From contig CM097883.1 in assembly GCA_044892505.1 (NCBI GenBank), positions 421,104,001 to 421,168,000 of the forward strand: DNA of 64,000 nt, read 5' to 3'. The DNA comes from Schmidtea nova. Lineage: Eukaryota. A program made the translations under genes and the position numbers. Below, one piece after another: positions 11,695 through 24,358 of this stretch (the first letter of the stretch is position 1; every line of letters begins with the position of its first letter). A model generated the notes under the pieces. It was not told the DNA's origin and did no database searches. It saw only the letters and a program-made list of their open reading frames with translations.

Positions 11695-12808
11695 GGTGTG
11701 CCGACATTAAACATGCGAAACTTGAACATATACAGATTAACATGCGACATTTTAACATAGACCCACTTTAACATACGACATATTAACATTGTGACAGATT
11801 AAGATAGTGACAGTTTAACATGGACACACTTTAACATACGACAGATTATCACACATTTTAATTTTGGAAGATAAAAATGGAAGTGATCATAGGCTAAATA
11901 AAGTTAAAATTTGCTATATATAAGCATTTAAAAACGTTACCAACTCGAATTGAACATACGAATTTTCTTAAATTTTTTCAAGTTTTCTTAAATAAATGTA
12001 CATAGATACCTCTTGCATGATACAATATATTTTAAGTGACAATAATATGAATGAAAATAAAATTATATGGTGTGAGGTCAGAATTTGAACAAAAGTTGTG
12101 ATGTTTTAAGTATCTTGTTCTTACTCCAGATTTTTTAAGTAGACTTGCCAACAAACTTACAATTTTAAAATTGTATAAAGTTAGAAAATATAAAGAATTT
12201 TCGGTTAATGGTTTTTCAAATCATTGATTCCTTCGGTCTCATTTGATCGTTTTAATTGCTTCATTTTTTATATTCAGTGATGTTTACGAAGACCGCTTCT
12301 TTAATTTTGAAGCACAAATTACTGCGAAAAAAACTCAAAAACTATGTTATTTAAATGTGTTGTGTGAACGAGGTGTTTATTTAGATTTTTTAGCTTTTTC
12401 CAATTAATAAAGGAAGCGATTATAATAACCGGTTTTTGAGCTGCACCGAACTTGCTTTGCACTAGGCTTACAATGACATAATTTTCACTTACAATTTTTA
12501 ATTCTTATGCGGTAGTTTTAAGGGGAGAAAAAAAAGATTCTTTCGGTGCAGCTCATCTATGTACATTTATTTAAGAAAACTTGAAAAAATTTAAGAAAAT
12601 TCGTATGTTCAATTCGAGTTGGTAACGTTTTTAAATGCTTATAAGTAGCAAATTTTAACTTTATTTAGCCTATGATCACTTCCATTTTTATCTTCCAAAA
12701 TGAAAAAATGTGATAATCTGTCGTATGTTAAAGTGTGTCCATGTTAAACTGTCACTATGTTAATATGTCACAGTGTTAATCTGTCGTATGTTTAAATGTC
12801 ATGTAACC
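11695..12808. mobile_element. Mutator/foldback-like non-autonomous element with long TIRs
   Basis: Ends GGTGTGCCGACATTAAACATG and GTTTAAATGTCATGTAACC; ~230-bp inverted arms (about 11780-12007 vs 12555-12795) with TTAACAT-based subrepeats; TTAATTTT on both flanks. Same termini as 61243-61500. Confidence 0.8.
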
Positions 12809-12953
12809 TTAATTTTTAATTTTTATTTAATTTTCCTGAAAATCAAAATGTAGGGATTAAACAAACATCTCTATACCCATACAACACTATACAGATCGTA
12901 TCAATAATAAGCATAAAAATAATAATAATAACATTATTACAACCTTTGCATAA

Positions 12954-15900
12954 CTTCCCCCTTTAAAACCGGAAGTTATTATGTTTACAAAGAAAATATA
13001 ATCTGTACATATTCCAACTTGTGTTCTATGTTCTTCCTCCTTTAAAACCAGAGGTTACAATATTTACAAAAAAAATATAATCTATACATGTTTCCATTTA
13101 AGTGTTGTTTTGTTTGTTTATGTACTATGTTTTACAGCTTACTATAACAAATAAAAAATGTACAACTCAACTTTGTTTATGCATGTATGTTGTTATTATT
13201 TGAGACAGTCACTGTAGCGTTTTTGGTATTCTGGTATGATTGCTGTGTTTTTATTGAGATGTTGTAAGGGTCTTTTGGTAGTTTGATTTTCTTTGTTAGA
13301 GGGGTTGTGTGTTGTTTGGTTGTTGTATTGGTATGGTTTAAATCTGCGAATGTTTATTCTGACATTTTTGTTGTTTATTATTAATGAATCCACGTTTCCG
13401 TTGATTTATAGTAGCGTGTAAGGACCTTCGTATTTTGATTCAAAACCACTGGTAGAAGGATTTTTTAGTACTGTATCGACGATGAGATTTGTTTTTGATT
13501 GTTTGAGTTTATTGTCTTTGTTTTTTGGTACTTCTTTTAGTTCGTTTTGATTTGCTTTTTCCTTAGTGATGGTACATTTTCCTGTTTTCACAATGTTTTC
13601 TGTAAGTTTTGGTAGGTTGGATCAGTGTCCGAAAGTTAGTTGGCTGGACTTTTGTTGTTTAGTGTTGAAGGGTTGTTTCGTAAACCGATTAGGATTTCTG
13701 GGAGTTTTTCTAACCAGTTCATATCGTTGGCTTTGACTCTGATTGCTTGTTTTAAAGATCTGTGTAGCTTTTCTACTTTGCCGTTTTATTGTGGGTTGTA
13801 TGCTATTATTCTGACTTTTTTTATTTTATATTTTGAGCACAGTCCTTTGAATAGGTCTGACTCAAATTGTGGTTTTTGGGCATCCGTATCTCGCAAACCA
13901 GTTTAATTCTAGTTTTCTGCAAAACGTTGCTGCTGAGATCTCTTTGGTTGGTATAGCCTCAAACCAGTTTGTGTTTCGGTCAATTATTGTGAGTAGGTAT
14001 TTGTGTTTGTTGTTAGGTAAGATTGGACCAACTTTGTCTATATGGATTGTTTGGAAAGGTTCTGTTTTAGGGAATTCAATTTTTGTTGTTTTGAATTTTG
14101 GCAGTTTATACATGAATTCACGAATTCTTTGATGTCCTTCCTCATGTCCTTCCTCATACCACTTTTGTGTGCATGAGTTCGTATGTGGTTTTTGTTCCTG
14201 GGCTGTATATGTTGTGAAATTGTTTGATGATTTTGATTCTGTGTTCCTCAGGTATTATTAGTCTTATGTTGTTTTCATTTGAGATATCGTGCCAAATTCC
14301 TTCGATCTCTTAGAACTAACGAGTTAAGTTTTGGTAAGTTTTTTATTGTCGTTTCTTTCTTGTTTTTCATTGTTTCTTGATTCACTATTGGGATCATGCT
14401 GATTGCGTTTGTTTCTGTTTTAATTCGTGAAAGGGTATCTGCGTATATGTTTGCTGCAATTGAATTGTGAAATGTAATTTAGCTGTCTTAGTTTTCTTGG
14501 TGACGATAATTTCATGTTGATTGCGTTTACTAGAGGTTTGTGGTCAATGAACACTTTGAACTCTTTCCCTTTTAAAAGGTATTGAAAATCTTTTATTGTA
14601 TCGTCTACTGCCAGTAGTTCCCTGTCGAAAGTGGAATATCGCATTTATGTACTTTGAGTTTTTTTTAGAAGAATGCAATGGGTTGTTTTTCGTTATTTTT
14701 CTCCTGGTATATTGTGCCTTACATCACTATTCCTGAACAGTCTTTGTTGATCATGTAGGTTAGGTTTGGTCGGGGTAGTTTAATAGACTTGTATTTGACA
14801 ATTTAGTTTTTGTCTTTGTGAATGCAGTTTCTAGGTTTTTGTTCCAGTTGATTTTTATGTTTCTTTTGATTTTGTTTAGTTCGTTTAGTGGTGCTAGGAT
14901 TTCACTGCAATATGGGATATGCTTGTGATAAAAATTTATCATGCCTAGAAAACGTCTCAATTTTCATTTTGTTTTGGGTAAGTGGAAATTCTTTGATTGC
15001 TTTTATTTTGTCTTCTAACGGTCTTGTTCCGTTTTTGTTTAGGATGTGTCCGAGAAATTTAACTTAGTGTTTTAAGAATTCGCATTTCTTTATATTGATT
15101 TTGAGATTGTGCTTGTTGAGGGTTTTGAGGACTTCTTTGATGTCTTGTACGTGTTCGGATTTTTTTGTTGACGCAATCAGCATGTCGTCTAGGTTACCCT
15201 ACTGTATTTCTGTGATTTCTCAGAATTTGGTCCATGAATCTTTGAAAGTCGCGGCAGCGTTTTTTAAACCGAACGGCATTCGGTTGTATTCGTATAACTC
15301 GATCGATGTTATTATTGCTGTCTTTTTGATATCATCTTCGTGTACTAGAATTTGGTGGTATGCTTTTTGTAAATCGATTTTGCTGAAATAGTTTGGGTTG
15401 TATATTCTGTTGAAGATGTCATTTGTTACTGGTATGAGGTATTTATCGGGAACTGTAATGTTGTTTAGAGCTCTGTAGTCTCCGCATGCTCTCCATTCGC
15501 TGTTTCCTTTTTCTTTTAGAATCAGTGCTGATGACCAGTTTGAGTTGGAATATTGGATGATTTTATTTTCAAGTAGGTCGTTGAATATTTCTTTCGTAAT
15601 TTTGAGTTTTTCGTTGTCCAATATCCTGACTTTGGCGTGGACTGGGTTTCCGTTTGTAATGATTGCATGCTCTGTTATGCATTTGTTTGTATTTGCTGCT
15701 GAGAGTTTATCTATAATTGTAGGGTAATTTTTGAGCAGGTCATTGATTTATTTTGTTATTGCATTGTTTGTGATTACGTTCGTTTTTTCTCGGTGTTTTG
15801 TATTTTTTTAGATTGTGTTTGAGGTTATCACTCCGATGTCGCAGTTTGTTTGGGTATTTGGGTTTTTGTAGTTAGTTTTGTTGTTTAGGTAGTTTTTGTT

Positions 15901-17480
15901 TCATTTGGGTTTTGAATTATTTTTTTATTTAGGCAGTCTACCAACAAATTGTAGTTTGATAGGAAATCAGCTCTTAAAATGGTTTGTTTCACAATGGCAA
16001 TGGTAAATTCCCAATTGTAATTTACTTCATTTATTTTGAAAGATAATTGTTGCTTGCCATACCTTTTTATGTTGCTCCCATTTGCTGCACAGAGTTTGTA
16101 ATTTTCTTCTTTTAATGTTTTAAATAAATAACTTGGTAATAAACTAACAATCGAACCTGTGTCGACGAGGAATTTTGTATTTTTACTTTGAACAGTAAAG
16201 GTTTCGCAGTCGCCAAAAGTCGGTGCTGTCATTGACGACTTTAGTTGTTTTCCGAATTTTTGTTGTGGAAGGAACAATGTGTGTTGCATTTGAAAACCTT
16301 GTATTTGAATCTGTTGTGGTAGTAACACCAGTTGTGGTTCTGTTTGTTGTCGTTGTCTGTATTGGTTGAATCGTTGTATTGGTTGTTAAAGTTTGGTCTT
16401 TGTTGTGTGTATTTGTTTTGGTAATTTTGTTTGTATTGGTTTTTCCTTGCTTCTCTCGTTTGTGCTTCTTGAAGATCGTTTCGAAATGTTTTGTTGTCTG
16501 TTATGACTTCGTCTACTTTCTTTATTAAAGAGTTCAATAGTTTATTAGTTTCATTGTTAGGGTATTCTTGTTCAAGACTGTTTTCTCGTATATTTTCATA
16601 GTGGCTTTGTTTTCTCGATGTTTTACAGATTGTTGGGAATATTTTGTCGTTTATTTTATCGGCTATTTCGGCAACCGTGTCAAGGCCTGTGCAGTTGCTT
16701 GCGGCCAAAATGCGTCTGATTTCCGATGGCATTGTCTTCATAAATAAATCTTTTACAAATTCGTTTGAACTCGAGCTTGTTATTTTGGGTTGTAGGTATT
16801 CCAACTTAGTTTTAAAGTTCCTTAAAAATTCACTGGATTTGTGGTTTCCTAATTGAATGTATTTTAGGCAGGATTCTAGCACTTCCCTTCAATTTACTTT
16901 ATTTCTGTTTATAAGAGTTGTGTATAGTAAATTGTAAGGGTCGTCGTTTTTTGATGTTTCGTCGATTCTATCGGATATTTTGTTTAAGATGTTTCTAGGT
17001 AGAGCGGCAATTAAGTGCGAACACAAGGTTTTCGTTGATTTGATTCCGGAGAGGGTAAGAATTCATTTTGTAAACTCTAACCATTTTTTGAGGTGTGCCG
17101 TTTTGGCCTGTCAAATAATTTGGGATATTTGCTTTAGTGTTAAGTGCTGAGCTAATTGTAAAGAAATTTTCGGGGTTAGGGCAATTATTTCTATTTTCAT
17201 TTTGCGGGTTTTCGTTGTCGTGATAATTAAAATTTTCATTGTTATTTGTTTGTTTGTGTGTCCAAAAAATGAATTTGATTTCAAGAATATGACCTATTGT
17301 GTTCGGTCAACAGTGTCGCTATTCTTTATAGCTCCATACTAGGTATTTTAAAAGAGCTAGCGGTTGGAAAAAAAGGTCGAATGCGAGTTTTTATGTTTTT
17401 ATTCTGAAACCAGTTGTAATGTAATATGGATATTATGTTATTGTGTGTAGAAGAACAATTGTTGAACGCAGCTGAGTCAC
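12954..17480 (-). mobile_element. Degraded Ty3/Gypsy retrotransposon, CsRn1-type (copy A)
   Basis: gag 16241-16882 with CHCC motif (CYYH-x9-C-x3-C), protease FLVDTGS (15885-16328), RT fragments (15220-15621), RNase H (14420-14960), integrase (13862-14113), GPY motif (13406-13591), PPT at 12954-12964; many frameshifts. Confidence 0.92.
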
Positions 17481-17530
17481 CGGTAAAATCTGTCTTGGGG
17501 CAGCTGGGGTGCGTGTTATGTAATTTATGT

Positions 17531-17691
17531 GGGTGTTTGCTTGAGTATATTCTTGTATGAGATAAACAATAAAAAATAATAAATTGCAATTAACCAATTG
17601 CTCAACTATTCAAATTTTATTTAATGAAAATAGAACCAAATGTTTATAAGAATTACTCAAGGTATATGTACATCACTGTTATTTCTAATTT

Positions 17692-17774
<83 letters not shown>

Positions 17775-17953
17775 CTTTATTAATTTCTTTTTGTCAATCG
17801 TTGATTTTCTTCTTTGCTTTAACGTCTTGATTTTCCTTGATTGTTCTTAGTAATTTTAATCTGTTAATTTGCTTGCTGATTTTTTATCGATTCCTTTTTT
17901 GGTTTTTCAATTTCTATAGTATTTATTTTACTATAGACATTGTTTTATTGATT
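17531..17953. repeat. Dispersed direct repeat, copy 2, with (TA)n expansion
   Basis: Matches 11311-11669 except for a (TA)n tract. Confidence 0.9.
17694..17771. repeat. (TA)n microsatellite
   Basis: About 39 perfect TA units. Confidence 0.98.
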
Positions 17954-18330
17954 TTTAGTGAATGCAACTAAATCAAAAATTGATAAAACGAGATATAAAA
18001 TATATTTCATTAAAATATTCATTGTTGAACTATCGGGAACTTGTAGGATTTAAAACTGCTTCTAGAATTATTGATTTAAATTACTTCTTTTAATACTGCT
18101 TTGAGAATTATTGCTTTTAAGTATACAGTGTTTTACAAATGGCTTGCTTTTTTGTACTTCTTTTTTAAACTACTTTCTTTTTTTCTTTTTTAAAACACAA
18201 ACTTTTTTAAAACAACAACTATATATTGATATTTTATTTTAATCTATATATAATGTGATATAATTAAAAAATATATTTATTTAAATTTTAGTTGACTTTA
18301 TATATAAATAATAGATAAATAACAGAGGCA

Positions 18331-19635
18331 CTACAATAGCCTCCACTGAAGTACGCGGAGCGTATGGGAAATGCGAAAACGGGATTCAAGGGTCGGAGTA
18401 AAAAAATTTGGAAGGCAAAACGCGATTGTTTTTGTACCGAAGAGCAGTATATGCGCACCGTTCGCGGCTATGGCAGAGGATGAGCAAGGTGTGTCTGTGG
18501 TGAAGGTGGTGGGTAGAATTGAATATGACGAGCCTGTTCTATAAGGAATGTTATTGTGCGTTGCTTGGGTTGACCGTATTCTTCGAACAGTTTGGGGTTG
18601 ATTATGAAATTTCCCGGAGTTCTGGTTAAAATTGGTGTGGTTAGGGTTGCCTTGTTTATGGTGGCGGTGGTAGTTGGTGGCGGCTGTAGTAGGATGTTCG
18701 TGTTGTCTGTGCGGATTTCGTCGTGAGGAGGGATGAGCGGTGTTTATGGCATCGACAGTGGTGCTTTTGGTGGTTTTGTGAATGTTGATGTTGGTGGTGA
18801 TGCTGGTTGTTCTGAGCATGATGTTTTTTGTGGTGGTGTTGGTGTTTGTGTTGTGCGAGGTGTGTCGAATGGTGTAGTGAGTGGAGCTGTGTGAGGTAAT
18901 TGTCGTGTGTGGAGAGTAGCGGTCATGTCTGAAATGGTATTTGCTGGTGGAGTTAATATTGTGTGCGTTGGACGTGGTTTGCTGTGAGAAAGAGTGTTCA
19001 CTGGCAGGAAGTCATCGAAGCATCCAGGAATATCTAATGACTCGATTAGTTTTTTGCATGGTAGTGACTGCTCGTGTGCCATGTACATCCTTTGAGGCAT
19101 GATTTGGCCTCGTTCTTGAAAAGGTGATGGTGAATGCACATTGAAAAGATTGGGTTATTACACGTATGGAATTCGGAAGTGCAACCGATGCAGCATTTCT
19201 GTGCATGTTGTCTAAATCTGTTATGGTAAAAGCAGATTAGTTGTGGGCCACTTTTGGGTTGTATGTTTTGTGTGTGTTGGTGGTGGTTAGTTCGGATGTT
19301 GTACATTATGCGAGGGTGGCGTGTGGTTGGCATATTTTTCGACGATGGGAGATGGTGGTGGTAATGTATAATTATCGGTGCGCTGTTTATGGGGTTGAAG
19401 TGCGTAAATGCGATCGGCTATTTTAGCAAGATGGTACAGGTCTTCAGAGTCTACCAATGCGAGTGAGGTTTGTAAATGGTATGGAAGTGCGGAAAGAAAT
19501 TGGTGTTTTAAGAGCTGTGTGTTTTTGAAAGTTCAGGTATGGCGGTGTCGTTGGAGCGAGTAATCTGTGCTAAGAAAATGCTGGGTTGTTGTCCGGCGTA
19601 ATTTTGTGATGCCAAAAGTTATGTGAGAGCCTGGA
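18331..19635 (-). pseudogene. gag-protease fragment of a third, more GC-rich CsRn1-type Gypsy
   Basis: QQPSIFLAQI...KHQFLSALP...LAKIADR; CFYHNRFRQHAQKCCIGC (CHCC); TGSSYSILP protease remnant. Confidence 0.75.
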
Positions 19636-19670
19636 AGTGCTTATATGTGGTTATATGTGGTTATATGTGA

Positions 19671-20790
19671 TTATATGTGGTCACTTCTCCGATACATGAA
19701 TGTTAGTAACGACTTTGTTGATATAATTAAACTCTTGTATACTGAAACAAGTTCATTTTATTGCTGCAATAAACTCAAAACACAAAGAATTGAAATTAAA
19801 CAAGGAGTCAAGCAAGGTTGTCCAATATCAATGATTCTCTTCGCAATTGCCATAAATCCTGAACTCAAAGCTACCACTTAATCAAACATCATTACATTCA
19901 TGATAGGCACATCTTCTGTATAAGTATTAGCATATGCTGACGACATTGCTCTTGTTGCAACAAATACTGCTGATTTACAAAAATTAATTGACGTGTGTGT
20001 TAATACTGCCAAAGAAAAATCAGATTCGAATATCGACTAGAAAAGTGTGCTTATATCGAATACATAAAAGCAGAAAGCATCAGCGAAATTTATGTCAATA
20101 AGAAATACATTAAGAAAATCACAAACAATGACTTTTATCAATATCTAGGCGTTCCAATAGGCAACAACAATGATCAAAGCCCGTATGAAATCGTGAAAAA
20201 AAGTCATTGAAGATACAAAGAAAATTGCAAACTCTGATCTTTTAGCTGGTAGAAACTCAAGGCTTACAAGATCTTTTTGCATTCTCGTTTGATATTCCCA
20301 TTTAGGACACGAAAAATTAAAACCAGTTCTCTTACAGATCCATTTCAAAATCGAAAGATTAATCTCAATAATACTAGTTTATTGAGAAGTCAGTTGAGAA
20401 GGATACTGAATCTTCCAAATCACTCAGAGATCTGTTATTTCTACAATTCTGTTGAAAATGGAGGAGCAGATTGCACTGATCTTTTAGATGAATATCACAC
20501 GCAAACAGTTGTGTACTTTTTCCTATTATTAACTTCGAATTGTGTGTATTCAAAAAAAAATAAACACAGATTTATTGTTGCTTTTAACAGGTCCAAGATT
20601 TGGAGTAAAGAATCCAACTCTTTCTCAAAGTTTGCAATCGATTAATGGAAAAGAAAGTAAACCTGGCCATCATAGCAGAAAAACAAGATATTACCGCTTA
20701 CGCACATCAATCGCGTACTTTAGCAGAGTTCACAATATCAAAATTCTATTTAAAACAGCACCAAAATTTTCCAACTTTCTAGTATAATGT
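19671..20790 (+). pseudogene. RT/thumb fragment of a NeSL/R2-clade non-LTR retrotransposon
   Basis: KQGVKQGCPISMILFAIAINP, LAYADDIA, YQYLGVPIG, HSRLIFPFRT, RRILNLP...YFY...GG. Same family as 52590-53750. Confidence 0.85.
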
Positions 20791-22331
20791 AAAATTTCGA
20801 GGCGATTTGGCAACTCTATATAAAATAAAATGGAAAATCTAAGATTTTAAGATAACTGTTGATAGTTACAAAGGCCTTGGTCAATATTTAAAATTTTAGA
20901 ATAATTTGATTTTAATTTAAATTTAGTATAATTTTATTAAAATGGCACAAATTATCCATCTTATTTCGATATGAACCAAACTCAAATAGATTTTCTTTTA
21001 ATTTGAATACATCCTAAACTTAAACCTTGTTAAGAACGGGAATATGCGCTACGTAGATCCAGTGATTGTAGGATCGAATATCTCCGAGTAGTGGATATTT
21101 CTAACGCCAATAAGCGTTTCAAGCTGGGTCGTAATAAAAATGTTTGAAAGTGGCTTTATAAATGAAATGGTTGCAGAAAAGCTGTTTGCGTTTTGGTTAA
21201 TATAATGCCTAGTGATCAAATGAAAATTTTGATGTTAATTTCTTCAGACATTAAGTCATGAATGATCAAAATTTAGAGTAATATTTATTTTAAGGGGTCG
21301 CTGATCAATTAAATTGACATTTCGATCTAACTAAGTTTTCATAAAAAATAGAAACAATGATTTTAATGCTCCTGTTTTGCCTATTGTTGTACTATCTATA
21401 TTTGGAAATGGTTCTGGAATAATATGAAGGGATTGTTGACATTTTGATGTTCATGATGTTCATTTTCCGATTAATCAATACATTTGTATTGATCTAATTA
21501 TTTATTTCTGTTTGCTTATAATTTGTTAATTAATAAGGAAATCATTAAGTTCGCTTTATGCTAATTTTTATGAAGCTTTTAATGAATAGCTATAGAATAC
21601 TTAACGAGTTTGGGACTAAAAATAGGCATTCGCCCTTGAACCCACCGTAATATTCGGTTAATTACAGTTTCGAATTTTTGACGCTCCTGTTTGTGAATGT
21701 CCACCCATTTGTTACATTACCAACGTTTCATTGTAGCAGACAACAAGAGGGTTGAATAATGTTTTATATGTTGAGTTATTGGTGTGAGTCATAGTAATGT
21801 CAAGGTCATATTGACGGTCAACAACTCACCATGTATTATCGTTCACTTAAAATACAGATCACTGGAGTTAAGTTTTTGCACATTATAAACATTACAATAT
21901 AACAACCTTATTTAACACCAACAGTGTTAAATAAGCTGCCATATACCAATAATTGGATACATGTTTGTGATTTCATAGAATTTGAATGTGGTATGTAAAT
22001 TATTTATAAATGTAAAGTACGAATTTGAATATCTCCCGGAAGGAGACGGTCTAAAAAACTAGAATTCAATTAAAATTTAATGTTACTGGTCTTTAAGTAT
22101 TACCATTTTATTTTTAATTATGTATCTTTGGAATTCTCGATAAGTCTAGCTTACCACGTACTTTATGATACATTTTCGAAGTGTTTTCACTTTATATTTT
22201 GTTTTTGTCTAAAAATTAGTATTATATTTGAATTTTCTTGATTCCAAATTATTTAAAATGAATTATTTAAAATTTTTTTAACTTTAATTTTTAATCTGTA
22301 TTTAAAATGTGAAATATTTTTTAATCTAAAC

Positions 22332-22677
22332 CAGTGTTTTTCAAAGTGGGTTCCGCGGAACCCTGTGGTTCCGTAGATTGATAGCAGGGGTTATGCGAAC
22401 TTTTTGTAAATAAATAATTTATAAATAAATGATTTATAAATAAAGATTAATAAATAATTCTTGATTTTATTCGATCCAATTTAAAATTCTATTTCAATTC
22501 CATTGATATTGCTTTCAAAAATGCATTTCCATTCTATTTCATATGTGCCAATTCCATTTCATTCACTATATAAAAACTAGATCTGGCAACATTTGCATTT
22601 GATTTTTGTAAATAGGGTTCCATCAAAAATTTGAAATCAAAAAGGGTGCCGCGGTGAAAAAACTTTGTGAAACGCGG
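22332..22677. mobile_element. hAT (Charlie/Buster-type) MITE, 346 bp
   Basis: 8-bp TSD ATCTAAAC at 22324-22331 and 22678-22685; starts CAGTGTTTTTCAAAG; subterminal GGGTTCCGCGG / GGGTGCCGCGG motifs. Confidence 0.85.
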
Positions 22678-22894
22678 ATCTAAACTATAAATAATTTAAC
22701 AATTCTAAATAATTCTAATTCTAAATTTCTTTTATTTTATACTTAAATTGTTTAAATAATAAGTTACATTTTATTCTCAAATTAGCAGTTTCAAATTTTT
22801 TATTTTTCTTAATGTTTTGAGGGTTTTATTATAATTCAATTAAAATCATAAAATTAAAAATTATTATTGTTTCCTTTGAATTATTATTTACAAA

Positions 22895-23495
22895 ATGAAT
22901 TTTTACAATTCTGAATTCATGGATAAAGCATTTGAATCAGCTGAAGAAGCGTTAATAAAAGGCGAAGTACCTATCGGATGTGTTTTTGTTTATGATAATT
23001 CGATCATTGCTTCCGGAAGAAATGAAGTAGTTAATTTGGACGTTTTTCAGTTTAACAATTACTCTAATCAAGGTTAATATATCGAAAAATGCAACAAGAC
23101 ACGCTGAAATTGTTGCATTAGATAGACTCTTCAACTGGTGTAAAAATAACAATCATAGCTTAAGCGAAATTTTAAAGAAAACAGATCTCTATGTAACCGT
23201 TGAACCGTGTATTATGTGCGCAACTGCTGTATTATTGGAATTACCGTCTCCAGTTCGATAGTAAATTTTATTTAAACGATTTCAATTATAATAATGGTAA
23301 CTTAGTATTTATTATGGGGCTGCAAATGATAGGTTTGGTGGCTGTGATTCAGTAATTTGTCTATGGAAACATTTTCATCATATTAACAAACCGTTTAAAG
23401 TAGACAAAACTACCGAATCTAGAGCTGTGGATTTATTAAAAAGATTTTACGATCAAGATAACCCAAACACAATTTCCAAGAAAGGTGTCAATTAA
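22895..23495 (+). CDS. ADAT2: tRNA-specific adenosine-34 deaminase catalytic subunit, 3 exons, 169 aa
   Basis: Exons 22895-23026, 23073-23260, 23306-23495 with GT-AG introns of 46 and 45 nt. Motifs GEVPIGCV, NATRHAE, VTVEPCIMC, YGAANDRFGGC, AVDLLKRFYDQDNPN. Confidence 0.93.
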
Positions 23496-23844
23496 ATAAT
23501 ATTTTTAATTTTTTATTCTATTTTTTCAATAATTATTTTTGTAATATTTTAATTGTTTAAAGTTACAATATTCCTTTTTTAAAGTTACAATTTTATAAAT
23601 ATATAGAAACTTAAAATTCATAAAGCAATTACAAGAAAATAAATTAGGATAAAGTTTATTTTTTAAACAATTTCTTTAGAATTAATTTTGCAAAACTTAT
23701 TTTACCTCTCGTTTAAAAGATATATTGAATAAATAAAAAGCTTCCAACCTTTTTCAACTGCGACTCAGTTTAAAAGAAGTCAAATATTTGTTAATAAAAC
23801 AAATACAATGCACAACAAGTGTACTTTTTTTTCATTTTTCTATT

Positions 23845-24358
23845 CTATTCATCTCGATCAAGTAATTCCTGGTGATTAGTGAAGTGGTATGATTTGAAAC
23901 CATTTTTGGTCAGGGTCTTATAAACAGACGATTTACTGACGTTCGAGAGCGTTGCTATGGCCTGTGTCGACAATCTGTTATTCGAATTAATATATCCAAT
24001 AATTTCTGTTTGTTTCGAAGGTGTCAAAACAGTTTCAATTCTAGTTCGGGTTGCGTGCTCGCTTTTAATGCAACCTCCAGTTGTAAATTTATCAAGTATT
24101 CTTGATATGGTTGAAATATTTGGCACGGGGCGTGCTGTAAATTTTCTCATGAATTCATTTTTGTATCTGCGAAAAGCTTAGATTGCCACTCCTCCATTTT
24201 ACAATTTGAATCTTTTCCTCAACCGTAAACATAAAATAGACTTTATTTTTTCTATTTATAATTATCTATTGCATTTTCAAAAAAACGATATTCATAATAC
24301 TATTATATATGGAAATTATCAATAAAAAATTACTATTGCATTTAAAAAAAACACCCTG
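23845..24358 (-). mobile_element. 5' part of a Tc1/mariner-superfamily element (DUF4817-like HTH)
   Basis: Terminus TA-CAGGGTGTTTTTT at 24360-24345; ORF 23845-24150 PNISTISRILDKF...SKSSVYKTL...YHFTNHQEL; truncated before the DDE domain. Confidence 0.75.

Noticed and set aside
11700-11850. CRISPR-like or satellite array of TTAACAT units (also 58824-58990 and 61243-61500)
   Set aside because: Eukaryotic context, no unique spacers; explained as TIR subrepeats or a minisatellite.
17624-17830. ORF with YIYIYI run (likewise 44096-44293 and 63713-63994)
   Set aside because: Translation of (TA)n microsatellites, not coding.
23738-23780. hAT-end-like TTCCAACCTTTTTCAACTGCGACTCAG
   Set aside because: Too short and degenerate; no partner end or TSD.
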